From Octopus sinensis (Eukaryota): DNA of 64,000 bases. The stretch lies in contig NC_042999.1 of assembly GCF_006345805.1 (NCBI RefSeq), forward strand, positions 84,072,001-84,136,000, given 5' to 3'. The notes under the pieces were generated by a model. The model worked only from the letters and a program-made list of their open reading frames with translations, ran no database searches and was not told the DNA's origin. The position numbers were made by a program, and so were the translations under genes. Below are positions 24,084 to 37,470 of the stretch, piece by piece (within the stretch, counting starts at the first letter, position 1; every line of letters begins with the position of its first letter).

Positions 24084-26612
24084 TCATTTATAAGCAAGAT
24101 AAGTATAACGCCGCCATCGAAAAAGCCGACTGTAAAAGTCCGTTTACCATCCGGTCTCTGGCGAACAATATATGGAAAAGCTCGGAGATGCAAAGATTGC
24201 ACTTCCTTCTGCCCCTATCAAATGGGAGGGCCACCGACAAAATTGACCATTCCAGCCTGTAGCTTGAGTTCGTATTCTTCAATCGCCATATTAGCTTGCT
24301 AAGACCCGTGGTCTGGCATTTATTCACGTCGCGAAAAGTTGCGTAATGGTTGGAGATTCGTAAGGCCAATTTTGACGATGAGGCCCCGACATATGAGTAG
24401 ACATCTGAGTCCGTGCAAACCTTGCATTGGTAGACGGCGTTTCTGATCTTGGAGTTCCCCGACGTGAACCTTATTCTATTAGGATTAGTTTCTGAAATTA
24501 GAACTGCGTTACTGTTACTATATTTGTTGCGAGAACTGCAGCCGCTTACTAATTTATTTTCCACTAAGTCACTATTAACTAACGGAATAACCCCAGATTC
24601 TACACTATCACTCAGAGTGCTGTAATTGCTAGTGCCCGTGGTACTGCTATTGCCGGAAACGATGCTGGAGTTGCTAGTGGGACTCTCTACCCTAATGAGC
24701 CGAGTTGCGCTCACCTCACTACTGCCATTGTTACCGTTAATGACATCACCCTTATTTATATCTAAACCCCTAGTATATAATCCCTGGTTGGAGCTGAGAT
24801 TATCAGTCACTGTACTGACTCTCATATCATTATTACTACTATTATTATTCCTACTGAGCGTTAAACCGGGAGCGGAAGAAGCTGTGCCTCCGGAAAAAGG
24901 TGATAGGGTCTTAGTAAGCTGCCTATTATTATGGGAGGCGATTATCTGGGCGAGGTTTTTAGTGTTGGAGAAAGCTATCCTAACTTTATGCGAGTTAACC
25001 GTGGAGTAATACTTGGAATTTCTGGGGAAGTTATTGGCGATGGCTTGTCTAAACATGAGGGGGAGGTTAGTTCTAATCTGCTTACCAAAGGGAATTACAA
25101 ACCATATATGCTTATTCCTATTTATGTGATGGGTCGGGACGCCAGCTCTCGCATTCGGGTGGGTGATTCTCGGATGAATAACGGGTTTTGGGTTAGTGTG
25201 AACTCCCCCGGACCGATAATTATCCTTGTTCGCTAAATTAAATGCGGAAGTGACTGCCCCAGCACCCGCCGCGCTCCCGTCATTACTTAAATTATTTATG
25301 TTACTATAGACGGCCCTATCCTGATGACCGAATGATGGCATCGGAAGGGCCGGATCAATATAAATTACCTTCTGCCTATAACCGGCCTTGGATAGTGCGG
25401 CGTTATAAAATTCCGCTTTCTACATAAAAATATCGGCACTAGCGGACAAGTTAGACAATCTTAGAGAGATGTTTTTAACCAAATTGTCTGTTACGGTTTT
25501 GGCATGATTGAAGAAGACACTGACATACTTCAAATAAGTGGAAGGCTTATGGTAAGGGCAGTATGAATCGCTATTAAGGTTAAGTGTAACGTCTAGGAAA
25601 TTAGCCTTGGTGAGTTCATTATCAAAAACCATATTCATGCCCATTCTATTAAAAAACCTAGCTAACCTACTCTTAGTTTTCTGCACTATTCTGTTCGTGG
25701 TGTTTTGCAGGTAAAACAGACAATCGTCACGATACAGGCCGCCCGCGATCTCCGGGAATTGGTCGGACAATTCGTAGAGAATATAGATTCCGACCAAATC
25801 GGCTATCTGCGCACTATCCGAACTACCCATAGGCACATCAAATTCATTGGGAGTATCTTTCCGGATCCACAACTTATTATCAAACTTAATAAACGATTTC
25901 CTGGCAACTAAAATGATATCTATTTCTTCCCTGGTGAGGCCTGCCTTGTTGTGAGCATGCCAAAGGGCCTTATTTAGTACTCTAGGGTTAATCGAGGGGT
26001 AGAAGCTTGCGATATCAAACTGAATGAACCTAGTACGGTTCTTATTGGGGATGGAAGAGAACCACTTCACTACCTGCGAGGAGTTGGCCCAGAGGCTGAG
26101 CTTCAGCTTGTTTACTAAACTAGGGATATATTTATCTAAAATGTACTTACTGATTGTCCCGATATCAGAGCTAGCAGGGCATATGAGTCTTAGCGCTGGG
26201 TTGGTGTAGAAATTCGGTTTATGGTCCTTCACTATAAATCTAGGTTGCTTAGGGCTAAGCGGCTGCGTTCTCATTTGAATTCCGTGTTTAAACATTATTT
26301 CCTTAATTTCCAAGTTTACCTCCACAAGGTACTCCAATTGGTTGTTCTATAATTTTTCTTGATCTCTTTACCGAGTAAATCTAGGTACTGTTTATTGGGT
26401 AACTTGTATGTGTTCCTGGTCTTGTCGGACTGGACCAGGACTCCGTCCGTTCTATTAATGTCCTTGGTAATTTTATCTAGGTATCTGAGGTGAACATTTC
26501 TCCTGGGTGACTTCCTGAACTTAATCTTTCTAACTATGTCCCACAAGTCGTCCTCAAACTTCTTCAGTCTTGGGTTAGGTGGCGGCGTATCCATTGTTTT
26601 AAAAAGGCCGCC
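24084..26612 (-). pseudogene. PLE reverse transcriptase - thumb - GIY-YIG endonuclease ORF, disrupted
   Basis: RT motifs IQFDIASFYPSI, VPMGSSDSAQIADLVG, GLYRDDCL and ANFLDVTLNL. Thumb motif KHIWFVIPF...IIASHN. EN motifs AVYQC...YVGA, LRISNH and CNLCISE. One frameshift near 26338, one in-frame TAG at 25420-25422 (ORFs 25420-26337 and 24088-25341 share a frame), and a probable frameshift near 24145. 5'-truncated at the inverted pLTR. Confidence 0.92.
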
Positions 26613-26981
26613 ATAAATGTTCTGCCGCCTGACGGATTTTTCAGCAGTGACCAGTGTGTAGCGCCTTTTACCAACTTGCGGCCGCGCACATATAGAACAG
26701 TTCACACACACATGTTTCTAAGTAGATTTTGGCTCGCTCCATATAATACACCTAATATTCTTTAAATAGTCAGAACCTTAGTCTCGGTCACAAAGAACAT
26801 CTACGCACCCCGTGCCCTCACCCACCGGAATGACCGCTGCCTGACCTGTTAAAATCTTCAACGCACCCACCACCCGATTTCAACATACATTGATAAACAG
26901 TTGGCCATGGGCTCTTAGGAGCCTCGGATTTGTTTTGCTGCGCCTCTGTTCTGTTTTTGTTTTTGCCAACGGAATTCCTAT

Positions 26982-27067
26982 TTCTTCCTGAAGAGAAAGA
27001 CACAATATGGTCTCCTTATTCAATCGGAATTTGGTAAATTGTGGCTTTCGAAACACGTGTAGAATGC
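26982..27067 (+). ncRNA. Type I hammerhead ribozyme in the inverted pseudo-LTR
   Basis: TTC-CTGAAGA (26988-94), GAAAG-acacaat...attgtgg-CTTTC, GAAA (27050-53), C-acgt-GTA (27059-61), GAA. Confidence 0.72.
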
Positions 27068-27123
27068 AATAAAACGATTTCTGTTCAATCTTCGTTCAAC
27101 TCCATTTCTTCAATTCACTAATA

Positions 27124-27218
<95 letters not shown>

Positions 27219-27342
27219 TTATATATTTATATATTATTTTATTAATTAATTTATTTATTTACTTATTTATTTATTAAAATTTTTTTTTAATATATAAATA
27301 TCAAAATATTAAAAGTTTAATAAAAGATAAAGAGTAAAACAC

Positions 27343-27429
27343 TACGATCGTTTCATGGCTGTACCAAATCGAATAACAATAATTTAAATTCAATTAATAA
27401 TTCGAGTTATGGTTACAGTCAATCTTCAG
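27343..27429 (-). ncRNA. Hammerhead ribozyme core with extended stem II
   Basis: Minus strand: CTGAAGA-t-TGACTGT...ACAGCCA-t-GAAAC-gatc-GTA. Stem I is weak. Confidence 0.6.
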
Positions 27430-28984
27430 GTTAATTGAAATATTTTTAAAATAATCACAAATATTTAAGCAATATTTTAAAGACATAAATAATATAATAA
27501 TTTTACTTATCAAACTACTATCATACTAGAAACTTAAAACTTAACAATTACGATTATATCAAAATCGATTATAATGTTAAATATTAATTTTAATTTTTTT
27601 AATGTAAGAAACCCACCAATAATTTAATACCGGTAATAGTCTATATCTAATTACATAAATATTTTTTTTAAATGACTATTATATATAAATTATCAATGAA
27701 AATATATAAATGTATATTAATATTATAATTAAGATCTAAAATAATCTCTATAAATAAATATATATGCACATATAATAAAGACCTAATAAATTAATTTTTC
27801 ATATTTAAAGATGAAATAGCTAATTTCAAAAATACAAACAAACAAACTTAAACGAACTTTCGGAAATACTTATAGAAATAATCAATTCGTAGTTATATAG
27901 TATCGAATAAATACTATAAATACTATAAATATATTTATCAATGAGAATAAAACTAGCAAATATCAACTTAAAAAGACAATAACTAAGTTATGCTATTAAG
28001 TTAGACATGGCCTGGACCAATCTTTGGTCGAAACATATCTAAGTTTATCTAATTTTAATTATAAGAAATTTAAAACTACAATTAATACTATTAATACCTG
28101 TATATACATAAACCTAACTTCAGACAACTCGTATACTTGCTATCAAACAACATATCTATCGCTAAGTAATATCTAACGAATAAACTTAAATTTAATATCT
28201 AATAATTATATAGAAAATTACGATAATTAGATCATTACATAAACAACGATATTTACATAAGAAAAATATTATTACACCAAAGACTTATAAAATATTAAAA
28301 TTTACAATTTAAAGATCTTAAATACAAATAAACACTTATCTTAGCGAGGTTTTGTAATGAACTAAAATTTTGAATCGGAAAACGTCTTTACAGCGTTTAT
28401 AAGAATACTCGTGGAATTACGTTATTAGCAAAAAAAGAATAAATTGTTGAAGAATTCATTAAGCCTGGGGAACAAATACGCTTTATCAATGAAGATTGTG
28501 AATGGGAACAGTAATGGTTTATCAATAAGTGTAAATAGAATGAAGTCACAAATAAAGAATAAAATCACTCTATACCATAAGATTTATTAATAAAATAACT
28601 ATGATAAATAATACTTAATACAGAATAAATTAAATAATTTAAATGATTAAAAACCACTAATTATTAAATATACTCTAAAAATCTTATATGATTGATAATT
28701 ATATAAAACATTTTTTTATAGTAACCCCTCAACGTACTATAAAGTCTTTCCCAATGCTAAAATTAGATATAGACTATTACCGATATTAGATTATTGGTGG
28801 GTTTCTTAACTTAAAAAATTAAAATTAATATTTAACATTATAATCGATTTTGATATAATCATAATTGTTAAGTTTTAAGTTTCTACTTTCATAGTAAGAG
28901 TTTATTATGAGTAAAATTATATTATTTATATCTTAAAAATATTGCTTCAATATTTGTGATTATTTAAAAAATATTTCAATTAAC

Positions 28985-29071
28985 CTGAAGATTGACTGTA
29001 ACCATAACTCGAATTATTAATTGAATTTAAATTATTGTTATTCGAATTGGCACAGCCATGAAACGATCGTA
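28985..29071 (+). ncRNA. Hammerhead ribozyme core with extended stem II
   Basis: CTGAAGA (28985-91), t-TGACTGT...ACAGCCA-t, GAAA (29060-63), C-gatc-GTA (29069-71). Stem I only about 2 bp by eye. Confidence 0.6.
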
Positions 29072-29370
29072 GTGTTTTACTCTTTATCTTTTATTAAACT
29101 TTTAATATTTTGATATTTATAAAAAAAAAAAAAAAAAATAATAAATATATAAATTAATAAATAAAATAATGTATAAATATAAAAATATAAATACATATAT
29201 ATATATATATATATTTAAAATTTATAAGTTTAAATTATTTAAATCATTTTTTAATTTTTAACTTTTATATTTTTAAATTAATTTTAGGTGTTTTTCATTG
29301 AGTTTTTCATTGTGTTTTTCATTGTTTGATTTGCCTAATAGTGGTTTTATCTCTAATTTAATATAATATA

Positions 29371-29720
29371 AAGGGTAAAGGGGTAAAGACCCCCTTCGGT
29401 CATGAATGACCATGGGATTGCACCTAGAAAGTTACCCTCCTAGACACAAGTCTGGGCAAGGTTGTTTATGGAAGACCAGCAGTCGCCCATGCATACCAGG
29501 CTCCCCTCTCCACGCCACCAGTGTTATCCAAGGGAAAGACAAAGGTCGATACAGCTTGGCACCAGTGACGTCGCAACTCATTTCTACAGCTGAGTGAACT
29601 GGAGCAACGTGAAAAATAAAGTGCCTTGCTCAAGAACACAACACACAGCCCGGTCTGGGATTCGAGCTCACAACCTCACGATCGTAAGCTCGATGCTCTA
29701 ACCACTGAGCCATGCGCCTT
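29371..29720 (-). mobile_element. tRNA-derived SINE with (CTTTACC)n-type tail
   Basis: Minus-strand head AGGCGCATGGCTCAGTGGTTAGAGCATCG...GCTCGAATCCC. Homologous to 41487-41835. Confidence 0.85.
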
Positions 29721-29736
29721 TATAATATATATATAT

Positions 29737-29771
<35 letters not shown>

Positions 29772-29845
29772 ATATATATATATATAATATATATATATAT
29801 AATATATATAATATATTATATATATTATATATATATATATATATA

Positions 29846-29897
<52 letters not shown>

Positions 29898-29950
29898 TAT
29901 ATATATAATATATATATATTATATATAATATATATAATATATTATATATA

Positions 29951-30115
29951 TAGGCGCAGGAGTGGCTGTGTGGTAAGTAGTTTGTTTACCAACCACATGG
30001 TTCCGAGTTCAGTCCCACTGCATGGCATCTTGGGCAACTGTCTTCTACTATAGCCTTGGGCCGAGCAAAGCCTTGTGAGTGGATTTGGTAGACGGAAACA
30101 GAAAGAAGCCTGTTG

Positions 30116-30154
<39 letters not shown>

Positions 30155-30270
30155 ATGTTTGTGTGTCTGTGTTTGTTCCCCTAGCATTGCTTGACAACCG
30201 ATGCTCGTGTGTTTACGTCGTCGTTACTTAGCGATTCGGTAAAAGAGACCGATAGAATAAGTACTGGTCT
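29951..30270 (+). mobile_element. tRNA-derived SINE (GGCGCAGGAGTGG family)
   Basis: TAGGCGCAGGAGTGGCTGTGTGGTAAG...GAGTTCAGTCCCACTGC...GGATTTGGTAGACGGAAAC. Confidence 0.88.
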
Positions 30271-30537
30271 TTCATATATTTTGCTCTATAAACTAATTGT
30301 TCCCTACAACAAATGTGAAGAATGTCTATACTCCGCTTCAAGCTTTAATAGTGGTAACACTTAGAATATAGCTGTATGGATACATTTGGAGGCAGAATGA
30401 AATCTAGATGACGATCAACCAATAGAGAGTACATAGACATCACACAACAATATATGCATGTTGCAGAAACATATATCGGGCAGAGATTTAAGAGAGTATA
30501 CTGTATAAACGACTGTAATGAATCGCCTTATGTATGA

Positions 30538-30602
<65 letters not shown>

Positions 30603-30605
<3 letters not shown>

Positions 30606-30835
30606 GCGTTGCTCAGTGGTTAGGGTGTCAGCATCATGAACGTAAGATTGTGTGTTCCATTCCTGGGCCGGATGACGCGATGAGTTTTTGAGCAAAACAC
30701 TTCATTTCACGTTGCTCCAGTCCACTTAGTTGGTAAAAATGAGTAACGCTGCGATGGACTGGCGTCTCGTTGAAACCGTTGAAACCGGGAAACTGGGCCC
30801 ATGAGCTTGGCTAGGCTTTAAAAGGGCGCATTTAT
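30603..30835 (+). mobile_element. tRNA-derived SINE, shortened
   Basis: GCTCAGTGGTTAGGGTGTCAGCATCATGA...GAGCAAAACACTTCATTTCACGTTGCTCCAGTCCAC, same family as 452-800. Confidence 0.75.
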
Positions 30836-31228
30836 GTTTATTATATATATATATATATTTATATAAACGGCGATGCATCAGCTTGGCCGCATCTCTGAGC
30901 TGAAACTACAGAAAAGATTATATATATATAATTCCTTCTGGAAAGTACCCTGAGATGTATAATATATTTGTTTTAATCTTTTCTGCCCATTTTTTCAATG
31001 AGCTTGTTAAACATCTTTATATTCTCAACATACTGTTACTTTTTTATGTCCTTAACATGTCCCTGTTACCAAAGACTGTATATATATATGTAATGTAGCA
31101 ATTTGCAACAACCAATAATTAACGCAACCAAACTTCCACATGTTACTTTTGACAATCTTTTTCCAAAGAGTGAAACCGGTAAAGTAAATAAACATCTTTT
31201 AAATTGCATTTTCAAACCTTCTTTCGTG

Positions 31229-31316
<88 letters not shown>

Positions 31317-31986
31317 CATACATTTGCCTCATGTCTATAACTATGACTTTCAGGTGATTATAACCCGGCGCTGTGTGTCATATCCTCTGCATCAATCGTA
31401 GCCTAACGCTGAACAAGCAGGGCAATTAAATTGTGTGTAACCATCGGTGGTCTTTACACCAATTTATATATAATCGTGGACAGTCTCTTCAATTTAGCCC
31501 CGCTTCGGTTGAAGTACGTGATGTTGATAAGCCACAAAAATGGTGTAAAACATCGATGACCATCGCTCCTGGATAGGGCTTGGTTAGTTGTCTTGCCTGT
31601 CTCCTGGCACTTTCAGAGAGTATTCTCCTCCATGTTAAATCGCAGCCAGCCGGCAAACAAGCAATGCAAATATATTGTGTATATGTGTTATATATGCACT
31701 ATATATGCCTTATGTATATATAGAGTGCATGGGCATGGGATTGATATGAGTAACTATCTACTGTTTCAGGTAAAAATTGTCGATAACTTGGCCATCTGCA
31801 GGCAATGAGTTGTTGAATTCTGACGTCATGGGAACAAAGGACCAGTAAATCTCCTATAATGAGATTCGCAAAAGCTCAGCGGGGCTACAGTAAGTGAACT
31901 GCATCAATAAGACGCATGAGCTAATGGGAGTGACTGAAAGAGAGCCACGGCTCAACTCACTGCAGGGTAAAATGGAGAGATATGCA

Positions 31987-32043
<57 letters not shown>

Positions 32044-32071
32044 AGGTTTGGAGATATATATATATAATATA

Positions 32072-32103
<32 letters not shown>

Positions 32104-33131
32104 TAATATATATATATATATATATGTAAAAGATAACAAAGTGCTCGTACGCCGCTATATATATATAACGGAAAAGGAAATCTAAACGAAGGCAGAAAGT
32201 GTACCTCAGGTCATCTTGATTATTTGATTGGAGAAAGGTGAATCAAAAAATGAAGAAGTAGAAGTAATCAATATCTTACAGCTGTTTCTGTTTAGGCAAG
32301 ATAGATCCAGACCGAGAGTTCACAGTATATAACACAATAGTTGATAGAATAATAAAGATAGGAGAGTAAAGTTCACAAATCGTCTGGTTCCAGAGGGTAG
32401 GGAGCTTAGTCCGTATTTCCGTCTAGGTATATACCCTTAAGTATAATGCCAGGGAAATCCAGGTAGTATTTTGAATGTTGCATTCATATTGAAGGAATAG
32501 ATCAATTGGTTAGCTTGTAAGAAATATGGTCCGCGTAGGTTTATAGCGTGAGGAAAACTCACATCATGATAGACAGATAGATCAGACAGAAAGGGTTGGG
32601 CTGTGAGTGAGTGAACAGTAGAGAGAAAAGGAAAGAAGAAAGAATGAGAGCGAGATTAAAATAATAATAGAGATAACAATAACAGGTAAGAAGCTGGTAT
32701 TACACTTCGTTAGGGTATGTTCGGGATAAGAGATCAGGAATTAAGGTTTTAGTAAAGTGGAGGAGGAAGACGTTTATGACTATCAAAGCGTAATTAAACA
32801 GATAAATGAATTCTAGACTCAGTGTCATTATAAAGAATATTTAACTTCAGCTCAGTCGGTAAAGAGAGCTAAGATACTAGAAATAGATGTCTAACTTAAA
32901 AAAATATATTCAAAATTAAAAGTTAGAAATTAAAATTAAAATGTAGCAATTAAAATCATTATTGCAGCTAGAGAACATTTAGCATTCAACTTGAAAGAAC
33001 TCAAAATACTACTTGTCTAAGAATCGAAATCATGATCTTACGATCATGATTGTAACACTCCTCACTATTAAGCCACATGCCTTTACGCACATACACATAT
33101 AAAGTATTCATACAAATACAAACACACACAC

Positions 33132-33200
<69 letters not shown>

Positions 33201-33265
33201 TATATTATATATATATAGTGTGTGTGTGTGTGTGTGTATACACATACATACACATATACATATAT

Positions 33266-33412
33266 ACGACGAAATTCTTTCAGTTTCTAACTACCAAATC
33301 CACTCAGAAGGGTCTGGTCGGCTAGATGCTATAGTAGAAGACACTAGCCTAAGGTGCCATGCAGTAGGACTGAACCGGGACCATGTGTTTGGAAAGTTTC
33401 TTACCACAAACA
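33266..33412 (-). mobile_element. SINE 5' fragment
   Basis: TACCAAATCCACTCA...GCTATAGTAGAAGACAC...GGACTGAACC. Confidence 0.7.
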
Positions 33413-33420
33413 TACGTGTG

Positions 33421-33563
<143 letters not shown>

Positions 33564-34173
33564 TGTGTGTGTGTGTGTATATATATACATTCAGTAATTG
33601 TGCACGTTAGTAAATCTTTTTATCTGTAACTGAGCGTGTATCAAGTAAGCAAATGCATGTCTGTGTGTGTGAGTGTGTGTTTGTGTGTGAGAAAGAGTAT
33701 GTGTGTATGCATAAATGTTTTTTTATACAAGTATACTTCTATATATTAATGCGATATGAGTCACGAATATTTTAACGTGAGTATTCACCATTAACCTCTA
33801 TTTTGATATTGTTATTTCCCGTTAATTTCCAGTCTGAATGTGCCGTTTCGCAGCAAACTAATTTGATTTTGTATGTCCATAATTTCAACAAAACCCAATT
33901 TTTAACCTACATTGTTCACCAAAACAGAAATAAAAGAGAGAAAAACTGCAGAATTCCAGAAGATACATCAAACATACACACTCACTTATCCCTAACACAC
34001 TTTGTCTCAATCTATTTCTCTCTCTCTCACTCTGTCTCTCTCTCACTCTCTCTCACTCACTCGATCATGCTCACACACATACACATTTAAAGCAAATGTA
34101 TGTTTCAGTCATACCGTGACCTACAAATATTTTGAGGTGATTTTATGTATTTATATACATATACATATATATG

Positions 34174-34291
<118 letters not shown>

Positions 34292-34727
34292 CGTATATAT
34301 ATATATATATATACACGTAAATAGAGATAGTGAGAGAAAGTGAACGAGAGAGAGAGGATATAAATACCATTGTATAGTTGTGTCTACGTTCTATGGAGTC
34401 TTTAAACATTGTTTTCTTTCTTTATATTAACACCATATTTTATGAAATATCAAAATGTGTGCTGTTTAATTCACAATACAACTTCATTAGCGCCAGAAAC
34501 GGAAAATGTTTTTCGGCACAGGTATGCATATAGACATAGACATGTGCGTGTGTGTTTGTGTATGAATAGACATAGACATTTGTGTGTGTGCGCGCGCGCG
34601 TGTGTTGTGTATGTATGTGCGTCTGTTTGTGTGTGTTGTGTGTCTGTAAACATATATACACACGCACACATATATACATATATAACGACATATTACAGTC
34701 ATTGAAACGCGGTCACGCTAGGCAACC

Positions 34728-36774
<2,047 letters not shown>

Positions 36775-37171
36775 TATTATTCAGGGGAGGGTTATTCACA
36801 CAGAGAGAGAGAGAGAGCGAAAGGCCTCTGTCCGACCTTTTTCTATGCTGCATGGATGTCTTCGTATGTGGTGTTTTCTGACATCCACCTAGTTCATATG
36901 TGTCCAGATTTTATACTGGTTAAAATGTATCCCTGCCCTGCAGCTTTATTTTAGGTTGTTGGCACTGTTAAAGTTAAAGCGAATCGGATGATAATTGTTT
37001 AAACCGTCTTATATTCTTGGTCGAGTACAATTAATACTGACCTCAAAGACTAACAGAAGTAGTGAGAAACTTTTTACAGCCATAAGTGCTTAAACGTTAC
37101 CTGCCTGGACATCTTATCCTTATCTATTCAATATATATATATATATGTATATATATGTAACTGTGGCGGTA

Positions 37172-37470
37172 CAGGTGTCAATCCATTACGGTCGTTTCTA
37201 TCAACTCCTCTAATTGATTAGTGACAACATTATATCATTGTAAAGAAACCGTCGGATGAATTCATGAACTTCAAAGTAAGGAGCATTCAAAATAAAGGAT
37301 TTTCAAAATGATTGGTCTGTAGATTTTAAACTACGTTGCATCATTTTGAATGTCCTTTATTTTGAAGTTCATAAATTCATCTAGCGAAAATCGTTTCTTT
37401 ACAATTGTGTAATGTTTTCATTATTCAATTAAAAGAGTCGTTAGAAACGGCCGTAATGGATTGATACCTG
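37172..37470. mobile_element. Tc1/mariner-type MITE, almost entirely palindromic, TA target duplication
   Basis: TA|CAGGTGTCAATCCATTACGGTCGTTTCTA ... TAGAAACGGCCGTAATGGATTGATACCTG|TA. The inverted symmetry continues inward (ATTGTAAAGAAAC/GTTTCTTTACAAT, ATGAACTTCAAA/TTTGAAGTTCAT). Confidence 0.75.

Larger units (their letters stand above)
23220..27127 (-). mobile_element. Near full-length C-terminal-EN Penelope-like retrotransposon (family A) with inverted pseudo-LTRs
   Basis: 23372-23889 and 26612-27127 are inverted repeats of about 518 bp enclosing the RT-EN frame. The tail 23220-23372 ends at (TA)n and the other end abuts (TA)n at 27128. Confidence 0.92.
27211..29368 (+). mobile_element. 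AT-rich PLE derivative (family C-related) with inverted pseudo-LTRs, no recognisable ORF
   Basis: About 27211-27651 is the reverse complement of about 28763-29200. The right end 29320-29368 is the reverse complement of the family C terminus (TTAGAGATAAAACCACTATTAGGCAAATCAAAC). Each arm has a hammerhead core. Confidence 0.75.

Noticed and set aside
25321-25350. CTGATGA-CCGA...TCGG-AAG on the antisense strand of the PLE ORF
   Set aside because: Core spacing is wrong and there is no stem III. Likely chance.
26612-26711. Met-initiated N-terminus MCVNCSIC... of ORF 26316-26711 (apparent CxxC)
   Set aside because: These codons come from the antisense strand of the inverted pLTR (identical ORF start at 23790). 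They are not part of the real protein.
28012-28041. CTG-GACC-aatcttt-GGTC-GAAACATATC
   Set aside because: Lacks ATGA and the GUH triplet. Possibly a dead hammerhead, so not counted.
32276-32320. Minus-strand GAAACAGCTGTAAG, typical of PLE ribozyme ends; similar at about 11605
   Set aside because: No intact CTGANGA or stem II upstream.
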